DNA of 64,000 nucleotides from the human T2T-CHM13v2.0 reference genome, Homo sapiens. The notes beneath the pieces were generated by a model, which had not been told where the DNA came from, searched no databases, and saw nothing but the letters and a program-made list of their open reading frames with translations. Positions 25,200 to 38,483 of this stretch are shown here, piece after piece. The stretch lies in assembly GCF_009914755.1 (NCBI RefSeq), contig NC_060946.1. One strand, given 5' to 3'. Numbering within the stretch: the stretch's first letter is position 1; each line of letters begins with the position of its first letter. Made by a program: the position numbers and the translations under genes.

Positions 25200-25810
25200 T
25201 GGCTACAGGTTTGATTGTGTCCCCACAAAAATCCATATGTTGAAGTCCTAACCCCCAACACTGCCGAAGATGACCTTATTTGGAAATAGAGTCATCAAAG
25301 ACATCATTGGCTACATTAAGATAAGGTTATACTAGAGTAGGGGGACACCTAGCTTATTATGACTGGTGTCCTTATAAAAAGAAGGAAACTGGACACATAA
25401 AGGGAGAATGCCATAGGAGGACGGAGGCGGAGATCGGGGTGAAGCTTCTCTAAGCCACGGAGAGCGGCCTAGAACCGACCCTTCCCTCACAGCCCTCAGA
25501 GGACAGCCTGGAACCGACCCTTCCCTCACAGCCCTCGGAGGACGGCCTGGAATCCACTCTTCCCTCACAGCCCTCGGAGGGCAGCCTGGAACCGACCCTT
25601 CCCTCACAGCCCTCGGAGGGCGGCCTGGAACCGACCCTTCCCTCACAGCCCTCGGAGTGCGACCTGGAACCAACCCTTCCCTCACAGCTCTTGGAGGGAA
25701 CCCACCCTGCCCACACCTTGACCTCGGACAGGTGGCCTCTAGAGACCTGTGCAGTGAGTTCCTGCTCCCAGCCTGTGGTCCTTCCATGTGGAAGCAAAGC
25801 AAACTCCTCC
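25200..25810 (+). mobile_element. MaLR LTR (MLT1C-like)
   Basis: TTGTGTCCCCACAAAAATCCATATGTTGAAGTCCTAACCCCC...GACCTTATTTGGAAATAG...TGACTGGTGTCCTTATAA...CCCTGCCCACACCTTGA. Confidence 0.8.
25465..25698. repeat. 39-bp tandem repeat, 6 copies, inside the MLT1 LTR
   Basis: CRGCCTGGAACCGACCCTTCCCTCACAGCCCTCGGAGGR at 25465, 25504, 25543, 25582, 25621 and 25660. Confidence 0.95.
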
Positions 25811-26234
25811 AGGCACATTCACCGCCATTGGCATGGGCCTCCGACACTGACCAGGGCCTCCCGTCACCTCTGCCCCTGCCCACCACTCCCCAGCCCAGGT
25901 ACCATGCTGTAAAAACAGCCTCAAAAAGAACATGAGGTCCACAGCTCCTCCAGGAGACTGGGCCAGCCCCAAGCACATCCAGAGAGGTGGCTCCTCTGAC
26001 TGGAGGCTCACGCCAAAGCCACACAGAGACAGCTGCCATTCTCGCTCGCTCATGCTTCCCCCGAGCCTAAACCCTGACCAGCCAGCTCTATACATTTACA
26101 TCTTTTTCTGGCCTCACACACTGTCTAGAATGTCCAGTCGAATGTTGAGAAGTCGTGGTCAAAGCAGAAAGCCCAGCTTTATCCCCAGTCTTAGTGGGTA
26201 CGTGTTTGCTGTTTCACGTTAAGATACTGGCTGG

Positions 26235-26535
26235 CAGTGGGGCACAGTGACTCACGCCTGTAATCCCAGCACTTTGGGAGGCCAAGGTGGGTGGATCACA
26301 AGGTCAAAGGATTGAGACCGTCCTGGCCAACATGGTGAAACCCCATCTCTACTAAAAATACAGAAATTAGCTGCGTGTGGTGGCGGACACCTGTAGTCCC
26401 AGCTACTCGGGAGGCTGAGACCGGAGAATCGCTTGAACGTGGGAGCAGAGGTTGCAGTGAGCCGAGATCGCACCATTGCACTCCAGCCTGGGTGACAGAA
26501 CGAGACTCTATCTCAAAAAAAAAAAAAAAAAAAAA
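26235..26535 (+). mobile_element. AluSc-like, full length
   Basis: Both arms and A-tail; target-site duplication AAGATACTGGCTGG at 26221 and 26534. Confidence 0.95.
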
Positions 26536-27797
26536 GATACTGGCTGGAGATTTTTCACAGATGCCTCTCATCGGATCCGGAAAGTTTCCTACTATTCCCA
26601 GCTTTCTGATGTTTTTTAAAATCACAAATGGGTGTCAACATGTGTCAAGTCCTTTTTCTGCCTCTATTGAGGTCATCATAAGGGGGTTATTTTCTCCTTT
26701 ACTTTGTTACTATGGAGAGTGACACTGATTGATTTTGAAGGTTAAACCGAGCTTACTTTCCTGAGAGAAACCCCACTTGGTCATAATGTAATAATGTGTA
26801 GATATTACTAGAATTGGATCTCATTGGTTAATATTTTATTAAGCATTTCTGCCTCTGAGTTCATAAGGGATATTGGTCTGAAGTTTGCTTTTCTTATAAT
26901 GTGCTTCTCAGTTTTGGTGTTAATGTTGTACTGGCCTCATAGAGTTGGGAAGTGGTCCCTTCATTTTCTGAAAGAGGTTTTATACCCTGGACGTTATTTC
27001 TTCCTTAAATATTTGATAGAATTTACGGCAAAGTCATCTGAGACCGTACGTTTCCTTATGGGTAGCTTTGTGTTTGTTTTTTGTAAGTCCAATATTTTTC
27101 GTTGGTACAGGGCTATTTCAGTTTTATGTTTTTTCTTGTGACAGTTTTGATAATTGTGTTTTTCAAAGCGTCTGTCCTTCACATCTAAGTTGCAGGATTA
27201 ATGAGGATAGACTTGTCTGTGACATTTCTTTTAATGCAGAGATGCCGTTTATTCTTGTTATTGGAATTTTTGTTTCCTCTTTTATCTCCTTGGTCCGTCT
27301 TACCAGTAATTTATTTACCAGATCAATCTTTAAAAAAACAAAAAAAACTCTCAACATTGTCAATTTCCTTTTTGTCTGATTTTTATTTTATTGATCTCTT
27401 CTTCATCATCTTCTTTTTTCTACTTTAGTGTAATTCCTCTTCTTTGTCTAGCTTTTTAAGATGGAAGTTTAGATCACTTAATTTACGCCCTTCTTCTCTT
27501 CTAAAACAGGCATTTTAGAGCCATCAATTTTCCTCCAGCCACTATTTTAGTTGCATACCACAAACATTGATATGTCCTGTTTTATGAGAGTTCAAAATAC
27601 TTTCTGATTCTACCTTGATCCACAGGTTATTTACAAATATGTTCATTAATTTGAAAATGTTTGGTGATTTTCTTATTATAGTTTATTATTAGCAATAATT
27701 AATTTGATGTTATTGTGCTTTGAAACTTATTCAGATTTATTTAACAGCCCATGATACGCTCTTAGTAAATGTTCTGTATGCACTTGAAAAACAATGT

Positions 27798-28481
27798 GTC
27801 CCCCATAGTTCCTGGCTGTAATGTTCTCCTAACATCAATTATACTGTTGTTCAAATCTTGGATATACGTCCCCCATAGTTCCTGGCTGTAATGTTCTCCT
27901 AACATCAATTATACTGTTGTTCAAATCTTGGATATACGTCCCCCATAGTTCCTGGCTGTAATGTTCTCGTAACATCAATTATACTGTTATTCAAATCTTG
28001 GATATACGTCCCCCAGAGTTCCTGGCTGTACTAACATCAATTATACTGTTGTTCAAATCTTGGATATACGTCCCCCATAGTTCCTGGCTGTAATGTTCTC
28101 CTAACATCAATTATACTGTTGTTCAAATCTTGGATATACGTCCCCCATAGTTCCTGGCTGTAATGTTCTCCTAACATCAATTATACTGTTATTCAAATCT
28201 TGGATATACGTCCCCCATAGTTCCTGGCTGTAATGTTCTCCTAACATCAATTATACTGTTGTTCAAATCTTGGATATACGTCCCCCATAGTTCCTGGCTG
28301 TAATGTTCTCGTAACATCAATTATACTGTTATTCAAATCTTGGATATACGTCCCCCATAGTTCCTGGCTGTACTAACATCAATTATACTGTTGTTCAAAT
28401 CTTGGATATACGTCCCCCATAGTTCCTGGCTGTAATGTTCTCCTAATATCAATTATACTGTTGTTCAAATCTTGGATATAC
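27798..28481. repeat. 70-bp tandem repeat, 10 copies (two are 62-bp variants), inside L1
   Basis: GTCCCCCATAGTTCCTGGCTGTAATGTTCTCCTAACATCAATTATACTGTTGTTCAAATCTTGGATATAC at 27798, 27868, 27938, 28008, 28070, 28140, 28210, 28280, 28350 and 28412. Confidence 0.97.
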
Positions 28482-29119
28482 TTACTAAGTTGTATATCAG
28501 TATGTTCTATTAATTAGTAAGACAAGGTGCAGAAATCAACCATAATTGTAGATTTGTCTATTTCTACCCTTAGTTCTGCCAATTTTTGCTTCATGTATTT
28601 TAAAGTTCTGTTATGAGGTACCTACACATTTAGAGCTATTTTGTCTTGCTGATGAATTGACCATTTATCATTATGAAATATTACTCTTTATCTCTGGTAA
28701 TGTTCCTTGTCTTAAAGGCTACTTTGGTATTAATGTAGTGGTTCCAGCTTTCTCATCCTTAATATTTGCATGCTGTGTCTTTGGCTATCCCTTTACTTCC
28801 AACTGTTGGCATCTTCAGAGTTAAAATGCAGATCCTGAGAAAATCAGACAATTGGGTCTTGTTTTGTTTTATAGTCTGATAATCTTTGCCTTTTGTGTGT
28901 AATATTTAGTCCATTTATATCTACTGTGATTATTTTTGGGGTTGGTTTTAAAAGTGTCATCTTGGCATTTGTTTTCTATTTGTCTTATTTGGTTATTTTG
29001 CTCTTTGCTTTTCTTTTCTTGCCTTTTTGGGATTAAGTACATTTAATATCCCATATTATTTCCTCTGTTGACTTTATAGCCATGCCTCTTTGTGTTATTA
29101 TTTTAGTTCTTCACTTAGA

Positions 29120-29285
29120 GTCGCTATTCCCAATAAACTTTCTCTGATAATTGGGCTATTCAATACAGCCACTTAATAGTGAAATGTGACTAGTGCAACT
29201 GAAGAATTGAGCTTTGAATATTTAATTTTAACTTAATATTTAATTTTAATTTAATTTTAACTTAGCTATTGGCTAGTCACTACCC
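29120..29285. mobile_element. hAT-Charlie MER3-like fragment
   Basis: TGAAATGTGACTAGTGCAACTGAAGAATTGA..TTTAATTTTAA..TGGCTAGT resembles the MER3 core. Confidence 0.55.
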
Positions 29286-30650
29286 TACAAAGTTTCAGAG
29301 ATTACAGCACTTTTATCTGATAAAAATCTACCTTCAAATGATTTTATACTACTTCATAACACAAAATCCTTGCAACAGTAAAATTCCATTTTATCCCTCC
29401 CAAGCTTTTATGTTCATGTAATTATATATTTTAATTCTACAAATGTCATAAATCTTTCAATGCATTATTGCTTTTTCTATAAACTGTCAAATATTGTTTA
29501 AAAAAAGTGTGGCAGGACGGAGAGACAGAACTTTAAGGGAGTCTTTGCATTTATTTATAACTTACTCTTTATTTTGCTCTTCATTCATCCATGAACATTC
29601 AAAAGCTTCCATGTGAGATCATTTTCCTTCAGCTTAAAAAATGTGCAGATCTGTGGAAATTACACAGAGACCCAGGCAGAAAATGTAGGACTTTTGGAAT
29701 GACAAAGACATCACATTAAGAAAAGGAGCACTAGCTGTGATCAAAAAGATGTTTTTAAAATTTCCTGACACTGTAAATTGAAAATATTTACTCCCTTTCA
29801 GGCAAAATTAATAAATAAGACCAATATTTAGGCATAAATGGTTGGCTTATTTTATTCCAAGAATATAAAGAATATTTTAATCTCACAGACAAAACAAACA
29901 TGTTATTTCCAGAGAAAGAAAAATCTCAAGGTTATGAATTAATTTCTCTATGGCAATTGACAAGGCAGCTACAGCTACCAAGTTTGAGGATGATATCTGT
30001 GGTCTCTGAATTCTTAACCTCACAAAAGTGAATCACCCATGAATGAAATACAGGTGTATGAGCATGCAGACGCCATCTACTCACATACCCTCTTAGAAAA
30101 ATATACTCAAAGACATTTCTATTGATTTCAGACCTCAAGTATCTTTGCAAACACTGATGTTAAAAGCGGAATTGGCTTACAGATTATTCAAAGTTATAAC
30201 TATGCGAACGTCAAATACTCTAATCATAAAATATAACATTAAAACCGTAAGTATATAGTAAACCAATATAACCCCGAAATAAGTCCAGAATGTTCAGAAT
30301 TGACAAAGCATAGTTTGAGTTCTCTAATGTAGTATCAGAAGTACCCACGGAGCAGCTCATGTGCATGGTCCAATGAATAGAGTGTAGCGTGGTTAACAGG
30401 AAAGAAGCGGTGACCAGGAGAGAATCCACAAATTTGTATCCAACCGAGTTACAGAGCATTCCCTCAATACCCAGCACAGTACTAGGTGTCATGGAGGTCA
30501 CAAGAGTCTCAGGGTTTGTGGGTCCAGGGTGTAGAGAGATCCACAGAAAATGTGAATCAGGAAAGTCATTGCAAAGATCCACTCAATGAACAAATGTGTA
30601 TGAATTAACCATGTGTCAGGGACATTGCTAGCCCTGGGATGCTGGGGCTC

Positions 30651-31338
<688 letters not shown>

Positions 31339-32589
31339 GCTTGATATTCTTACGTGGAAGACAGATTTCTAAGTCAAGTAAACAAAATAAAGGTAACCAG
31401 TTAGATCTTACTAAGGCGATAGCTGAGACAGACAGACAATATAGACGGGAGGGCTGCTGTGTGTCTGGTACCTAGGGAAGGCTTCTTGGAGGTGATGATG
31501 TGCACACTGAGACCCAACAAGAAAACTGCATGAAAAGCCCAGGAGAAGATAGTGCAGGAGAGGGCAGGAGGGGCTGAAAGAAGCCAGTGTGACTGGAGCA
31601 CAGCAAGCCAGAGGGAAGACTGCACCCGGTGACATCAGAGGTCACGGCAAGAGACAGAGTGTGCCCAGATCATGAAGTGGGAGAGACAGGAACAGGGGGT
31701 GAGGGCTGTAAAGGAAACACTTCTGAAAGGATGAAATTAGCATTTGACACACTTAAGAATTTCTTAACTTAGACAACACCAAATTTGGGGACAGAAAAAC
31801 TTGCAGTTGTTGAAAATGCCTACCTTGATATTAATTCTCCATTTACAACTTAAACCTAAAGATGTGAGTTGAAAGGCTATAATATTATTAGCTGCTGGGC
31901 TGACATCTTGATCCATGATATTTTAGCCCAGAGCAGAAATTTCACTGCTGCATTATAAAGTCTTTAAAAATCGTGTTTCTCATAGATGTACTTGACAGTA
32001 GCTGCAAAATTTCCACAAGCATAATTATACTGCCAAGACTCATGGTGAGGGCATTTTAAAGCCAGGAAGTAGTTATTTTCTATGTTGCTATTTTCAATTC
32101 TCTTTAAATAAATGTTTACATGTCTCATAAAACCAGCTTCCATGCAAATGTTCATGCTTTTAGCTGCAGAAGATATACCACCAGCGACAAGGATTCCGGC
32201 AGTGGGCGCCAGGTCTCCGCTAGGTCAAAGCCGGGGTGATCTAGTCCACGGTTGAACTCTTACCCTGTTTGCTGTCAGCATCAGTTGTGGTCTTGGTAGT
32301 GCTTCTGTGCCCAGGAAGTCCAGATATCTGGGGTGGTATGTCCATAATGAGGAAGTGAGTTGCTCAAATGTGTGTCTGGACCAATGAGGGGAACTAAAAT
32401 TCTCCCTCAACATCCTACAAGAGTTGGAAATGTCTTTAATCTGATCTTAAATGGAATTGAAATTTATTGGGTCTCATTCATGTGGAATTGGGAGCCCATT
32501 ATTTTGAAGTTTGGGGAAGTATTTATGTCTCTCCTCTGTGGCCCCTACAGATCTCCAGTTTCCTCAAAGAAATCTGTTTCCTACTGTCC

Positions 32590-33480
32590 ATAATATCATT
32601 TCTGGCATCATCACTGTCATCTCCATCACTTTGATTATGGTGCCACTATCACCATCATCATCATCATCATCATCATCATTTCTATCATAATCATCATCAT
32701 AGCTCACTGCCATCACCATCACCACCACCATCACCATTATCTCCACCATCACCGTCATCTCCACTATTATTCCATCATCTCTATCATCACTATGATTATC
32801 ACCACAGTTGCCACCATCATCATCACCATCACCATTATCTCCACTATCACCATCATTTCCACTGTTGTTTCATCTCCATCATCACTATGATTATCACCAG
32901 TTTTCACCATCACCATCATCATCATCACCATGTCTGCCATAATCATCATCATCATAGTTACTACCATCACCATCATCTCCACTGTTATTCCATCATCTCC
33001 ATCATCACTATGATTGTCACCACAGTTGCCATCATCATCATCACCATGTCTACCATAATCATCATCATAGTTACCACCATCACCATCACCACCACCATCA
33101 CCATTATCTCCACCATCACCATCATCTCCACCGTTTTTCCATCATCTCCATCATCACCGTATCACCACAGTTGCCATCATCACCACCATCATCATCTCCG
33201 TCATGCCTATCATCATCATCATCCCCACCATCACTGTCATCATCACCACCATCACTATATTATCATTACCACCATCTCTATCATTATTACCATTATCGCC
33301 ATCTCTATCATGCCTATCATCGTCATAGTCACCACCACTACCACCATCATCACCCCAATCAAGATTATCATCACCATCACCCTCATTTCCACCATCATCA
33401 TCGCCATCTCCATTATCATCACTATCAATGCCCTCATAGCCTTCCTCTTTCTCACCATTGTATGATGATAATAATAGTAA
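32590..33480. repeat. Degenerate (CAT/CAC)n low-complexity tract
   Basis: About 890 bp dominated by CAT, CAC and TAT triplets; source of the poly-His/Ile/Met ORFs in the track. Confidence 0.95.
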
Positions 33481-33585
33481 TAATGGCTCCTCTTATTAGA
33501 GATCTTGCTGGGAGCTTTCTCACATGATATCATTTAACCTGCACACAGGGCACAGTTGGGATGCTGGAGAATGAGGATTAGTAGG

Positions 33586-34006
33586 TGTGTTAGTTCATTC
33601 TTGCATTGCTATAAATATCTGAGACTGGGTAATTTATAAGAAAAGAGATTTAATTGGCTCACAGTTTCTACAGGCTGTACAGGAAGCATAGCAGTATCTG
33701 CTTGTGGGGAGGCCTCAGGGAGCTTTGACTCGTGGAAGAAGGTGAAGTAGGAGCAGGTGCCTCACATGGCGAAAGCAGAAACAAGGAAGAGAGGGGGAGG
33801 AGGGAGGGGCCACACACTTTGAAACGACCACACCTCATATGAACACAGAGCAAGGACTCACTCAGCAGCAAGGGGATGGTGCTGAGCCATTTGTGAGGGA
33901 TCCGCCCCCATGATCCAAATGTCTCCCACCAGGCCTCACCTCTCCAACACTGGGGATTACAGTTCAACGTGAGATTTGGGCAGGGGCAGATATCCAAACT
34001 CTATCC
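33586..34006 (-). mobile_element. MaLR solo LTR (MSTA/MSTB-like), near complete
   Basis: TGTGTTAG..TTGCTATAA..CTGAGACTGGGTAATTTATAAGAAAAGAG...CCCCCATGATCCAA...TGAGATTTGG...ATCCAAACTCTATC; 5-bp target-site duplication GT(A/C)GG. Confidence 0.9.
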
Positions 34007-35962
34007 GTCGGATAACACGTATGAGGTACCTGGGACACAGTAGCCTCAGCTATAAATGCTTTTGTTATAAGTCCCTCAGCCTGGGGAGACTTGGAAGCTA
34101 AAATTATGAAGGAAATCAAGCATGCCTTCTGCCAGTTTCTCCCTCATTTAAAGCACACACCATTCCCTTGGCTGTCCACTAATTTATTCACTAGTCACGG
34201 GCTAGCAGTTACTAAGCGCTAGACACAGTTCTGCCGGACACTCCTGCCCACCCCCGTTTTGTATGTTTGCTCCCCCAGCAAGAAGCTTCAAGCTGGAGGG
34301 CATCTTAAAGTTCAGCTCTCCCAACTCAGTTTTGCCAAAGCTGAAAAATGTGGGGACACGGGAACATGAGCCATCTCTGGCAGAGACAGCCCAGCACACA
34401 AGACTGCTCACCAACCCCCAGCTGTGTGTGGTCTCCCCCTGGCTCCAGAGTCCCACCTCCATGGAGGTCCCTCAGGGTCTCAGTCATCATCTGGCTTCTC
34501 TTCAGTTCAACCCCACAGATTGATCGGGCACCGTTGAGAGCAACATGCATGCCAAGTTCCGTCAGAGGTAGAGGGTAAGAGATGCAAGGTACGGTCCTGC
34601 CCTGAGGACTTTTATAATTTGGTTGGTGAAACAAGACATCCCTGCATGAAAATTTAACCACCACAAGAGAACCACAGGAGAAGCCACAGGGCAGGCTGTG
34701 AATTTGTGCTGGGCGGTGGCAGCATCCACAGCCACCATGTGACAGTGACCCTGGGTAAATTGTCATTTATCCTGGCCCCGATTCAGGAGCCCACCAACTC
34801 ACTTCCTAGCAAGCCCCCCTCGCCCTGTCACTGCCCCTACATGCGGGCCACACACCGCTCTCCTTTCTTGTTTCACTCGGGGACCCGAGATTCTTAACGC
34901 CAGGCTCCGTCTTCACCATGGAAGTGCACACGGCGAGGAAGTGAGAGAAGATGGTGGCACTCGGAGGGGCTGGGCAGGCGCGATCCTCCCAGGCCCTGTC
35001 CCTCAGCATCATCCATGGGACCACCTCCCCTGTTTCTCCTGCTGCCTGCCCAGAGTGGTGAAGACCCCATGTGAACAAGGAGCAAGTCGGATGAGGACAC
35101 ACTGGTGGGGGGCGGGGACAGTGGCCCCGGGAAGTCCTAACCCCACAGTGGCCTATGTGTGCGAGAGGACAGCACCATAGCCCAGCAGCATCCAGGCCCC
35201 TGTACAATGCATGGCCCAACTGTGGAAGCCTGTGGTGAGGTCGGGAGGGCATGGCCACCTCTGCACCAGGGCTCCATTTCTCCCAGGTCCCCCATGCGCC
35301 TGTGTCCCAGCCACCATCAGTGCTGGGATCCCCCTAGGAGAGCCCAGGATCCAGGTCCTGCAGCCTGTGGCACGTCCCCTCCAGAGGGAAAGCAGGGGCC
35401 ACAATGGACAAGGTGCCCGGCGCAGAGGCCCGGTCGACGCAGCAACTGAGAGTGGCTCTGTGAGCTGTAGGTGGTCTGCAGCGGAGGGTCCCTGGGCTGA
35501 GAAGCGTCTCTGAGCTGATGCACATGCTGGCAGGGGGAGCAAAGCCAGTCCAGTAGGGAACAGGCATACTCTTCACTGCTTCTCGGAGTGGGATCCATCA
35601 GACACTTATTAGGCACCAACTGTGTATCCAGTGCTACTCTAGGCACTGAGGACTTGGAGCTGCCCAGGCAGGAACCCCAGCGTTCACATGGGGACAGGCA
35701 GGTGACGCTGGTCTCCCTGGGGTAGAGGTAACAGGGCGAGGCCCAAGGCCCTCCCTTCCTCCTCTACAGAGGGGTCCTGGGGAGGAGAGGTCGGGACCAC
35801 ACAAAGGCCATAACTGCAGATCTGCCCCAGGACAGAAAAGCACAAATGCTGGGCAGGAAAATCATTCCTGGTCACAGTGGGGATACCAGCCGCCAAGCCA
35901 CCTCCAAGACAGCCTTCTCATGAGGCCTTGAGGCCACCAGGAGCGTCGGAAAAGAGCGTTGA

Positions 35963-35975
35963 GGTCACTGTGACC
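35963..35975. promoter_or_regulatory. Perfect palindromic estrogen response element motif
   Basis: GGTCACTGTGACC matches GGTCAnnnTGACC. Motif only; occupancy unknown. Confidence 0.5.
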
Positions 35976-36156
35976 AACATGAGCTGATAAATGTTCTTCT
36001 TCCTTAAATTTTATGGACTACATTCTCCTTTAAGCTCTGAGAAATTATTTAAAGTTTCAATAAAAAAATAAGCTCCTGAGGTCAAAAGTGAAGCATGGCA
36101 AGCTAATAAATTGGGATTGTAAAACTGCCCTGGATCCCCAGTGCCGCAGAGAGACA

Positions 36157-36175
36157 TGGCGAGCAGGTGGCGCGG
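36157..36175 (+). promoter_or_regulatory. Candidate CTCF motif
   Basis: TGGCGAGCAGGTGGCGC versus consensus-like TGGCCAGCAGGTGGCGC. Confidence 0.4.
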
Positions 36176-37370
36176 CCAGAACTCATTATGAATGAAACCC
36201 TCCACGGAGGAGCCGGGAGTGTGCTGCTGGCTAGCACTTCACCCTTATGGCCCTCAGCCCCTACTGAGGCACCTGCTGTGTTGTGGGCACGAAGGCTAGT
36301 GAGGCTGCCCGGCTGAGGCAGGGGACCAAGTTCAGAGGAGCCCCCAGTGCCTCCCGACCAGCAGCACATGCAGAAGTCACTCACAGGGGCCCTGGGTGCA
36401 CAGCCACACCTGCACGCAGGCATGTGGATGCACTACAGGCAAAGGCCTCCCTGTGTCTTTTTTCCTTTGGTGCAAACCCAGCCCTGTAAGGAGCTCCCAG
36501 GACCCCACATCCCACTGCTGCACGGTGACCCCCGAGTCACCGTGTGCAGCGTCAAGACACACCCCACGCAGATGGCCGCCACCCCTCCCTGAGCACTCCA
36601 GCCAGTTGTTTGGGGGATAGACGGAGCAATAAAGCAGTTTTTGCACAAATAAAAATATACGTCGGCACCTGTGTGTTTTCAAACTCAGACAACCTAGTTT
36701 TGGAGGCCTGGGGGAGTGGCTGGCACCACCCACATCCCACGAGCAGTGTGGCCCAGGGGCTGGTCATGAGGGATAACAGACGTGGGGAGAAGCCCTGAGC
36801 ACAGGGTCGCTGGTGCTAATGCCCCAGGCTGGTCATAGTCCCGCCCTCTGCAGTGGCAAAGCGTGGGCAGGTGGGTCTGTTGCTCAAGGTCCCCGTCTCC
36901 TTATCGGTAAACTGCAGGCAATAATGGTAAGCCCTGCTTTCCGGGGCTGCAGCCCACACAAGGCATATAAAGCCCGAGCCAGCGCCCATCAGGGGCTGAA
37001 TGCATGCCAGTTCCCAGGCTCTATTACCAGGAATAAACAGCCTAGGAGCCAGTGCCCCTCCAGCAGCTCACGGTGGAGTAGGAGCCGGGAAACGCATGTG
37101 TGTGATGTGTTCATGTCATTCCATTTTTCTCTGTCCTTATTCTTCCCAAAGAAAAGTAACTGTGCAGCCACAGGCGCCCCTCACCAGTGAACTCGCAGGC
37201 TCAGTCTCTGAGCCTCGTATGCCTGGCACCATGTTCCCGGAGCTTTGCTGGACTCTACTCACCTCCCAAGCCCCTGTGCCTTTGGAGGCAGCAGGTGTCA
37301 ACCATTCAACACTCACGCTCATTTCCAGGCATGCAGAGCCTTTGCGGGCCACCTGTTTGGAGTTGGCTAA

Positions 37371-37681
<311 letters not shown>

Positions 37682-38483
37682 AACAATTTGTAATAGTAAA
37701 TTTTAAAATGTATTTCAATGTGTCATAAGAGTAGCAGCCCACAGCACCCTTAGCTGGTTTTACCTTTCCCCAAAGGATGCCTGCAGCTGGTTGGACACTG
37801 AGCAATTTGAACCGTAGGTAGGATTTTACGGGATTTTCTTTTCTATTTCTACTAAACTAGACAAGCCCACTGCAGTGTTTCGGTCCTCAGGACGGGGAGG
37901 CTGTGTACTGGAGAGCTCTGTCAGATCACGGACACAGTGACAGCGAAATCATGGACACCGACAGCCAGTGTCACTCCACACCTGATCCTTGTCCGGTGCC
38001 CAAGGATGGACAAAGACTGTGGCCGTGGAAAGCTGAAGGGCTCGGCACAGAGCTGCCTGTTTCCGCCATGGGACCCAAAGCTCACGAGCCATCTTCCCAC
38101 GCCCCTTGCTCTGTCAGCCACATCTCACCAGCCACCAGGTTCTGATGCATCTCCCTCTCCCACGCTCAGGCCACTTCCTCCCCGTCCAGGCAGCAGCCTG
38201 GTTGATGTCACCACTGCGTCCTGGGTTGTGCTGGCAGCCTTCTGACCCATCAGGATGGTGATGGGCTGCTTCCCTGGCCTGCCTATGGTCCTCATGCTAG
38301 TCAGCTTGCACACACCCACCTCTGAGTCTGCACCCTCCTGTCTGTTCCCCTCAATGGCTGGAGGCCCCCTCCTTCCCCAGCAGAATGAGCCCAGCACTCC
38401 CTGCAGCAGTGGGGCCGTACGGCGCCATCCAACTCTGATCCGTGTTCAGATTCCAACAGCCTCAGCCGCAAAGCACACAGAAG

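Larger units (their letters stand above)
26100..29650 (-). mobile_element. Ancient L1M ORF2 relic, interrupted and non-coding
   Basis: T-rich, with antisense L1 ORF2 landmarks AAACCCCACTTGGTCAT, TTCATAAGGGATATTGGTCTG, CTGGCCTCATAG and ATAATTGTAGATTTGTCTATTTCT. Confidence 0.85.

Noticed and set aside
17351-28481. Regular arrays as possible CRISPR-like loci
   Set aside because: Units are head to tail with no unique spacers, there are no cas-like ORFs, and the DNA is primate; they are minisatellites.
30257-30292. Resemblance to mitochondrial ND6 (TAGTAAACCAATATAACC; GYIGL versus GYMGL)
   Set aside because: From memory the similarity covers only about 36 bp and fails on both sides; insufficient for a NUMT call without BLAST.
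32564-33533. Poly-His/Ile/Met ORFs up to 192 aa
   Set aside because: Translation of a (CAT/CAC)n tract that lacks stop codons by composition.
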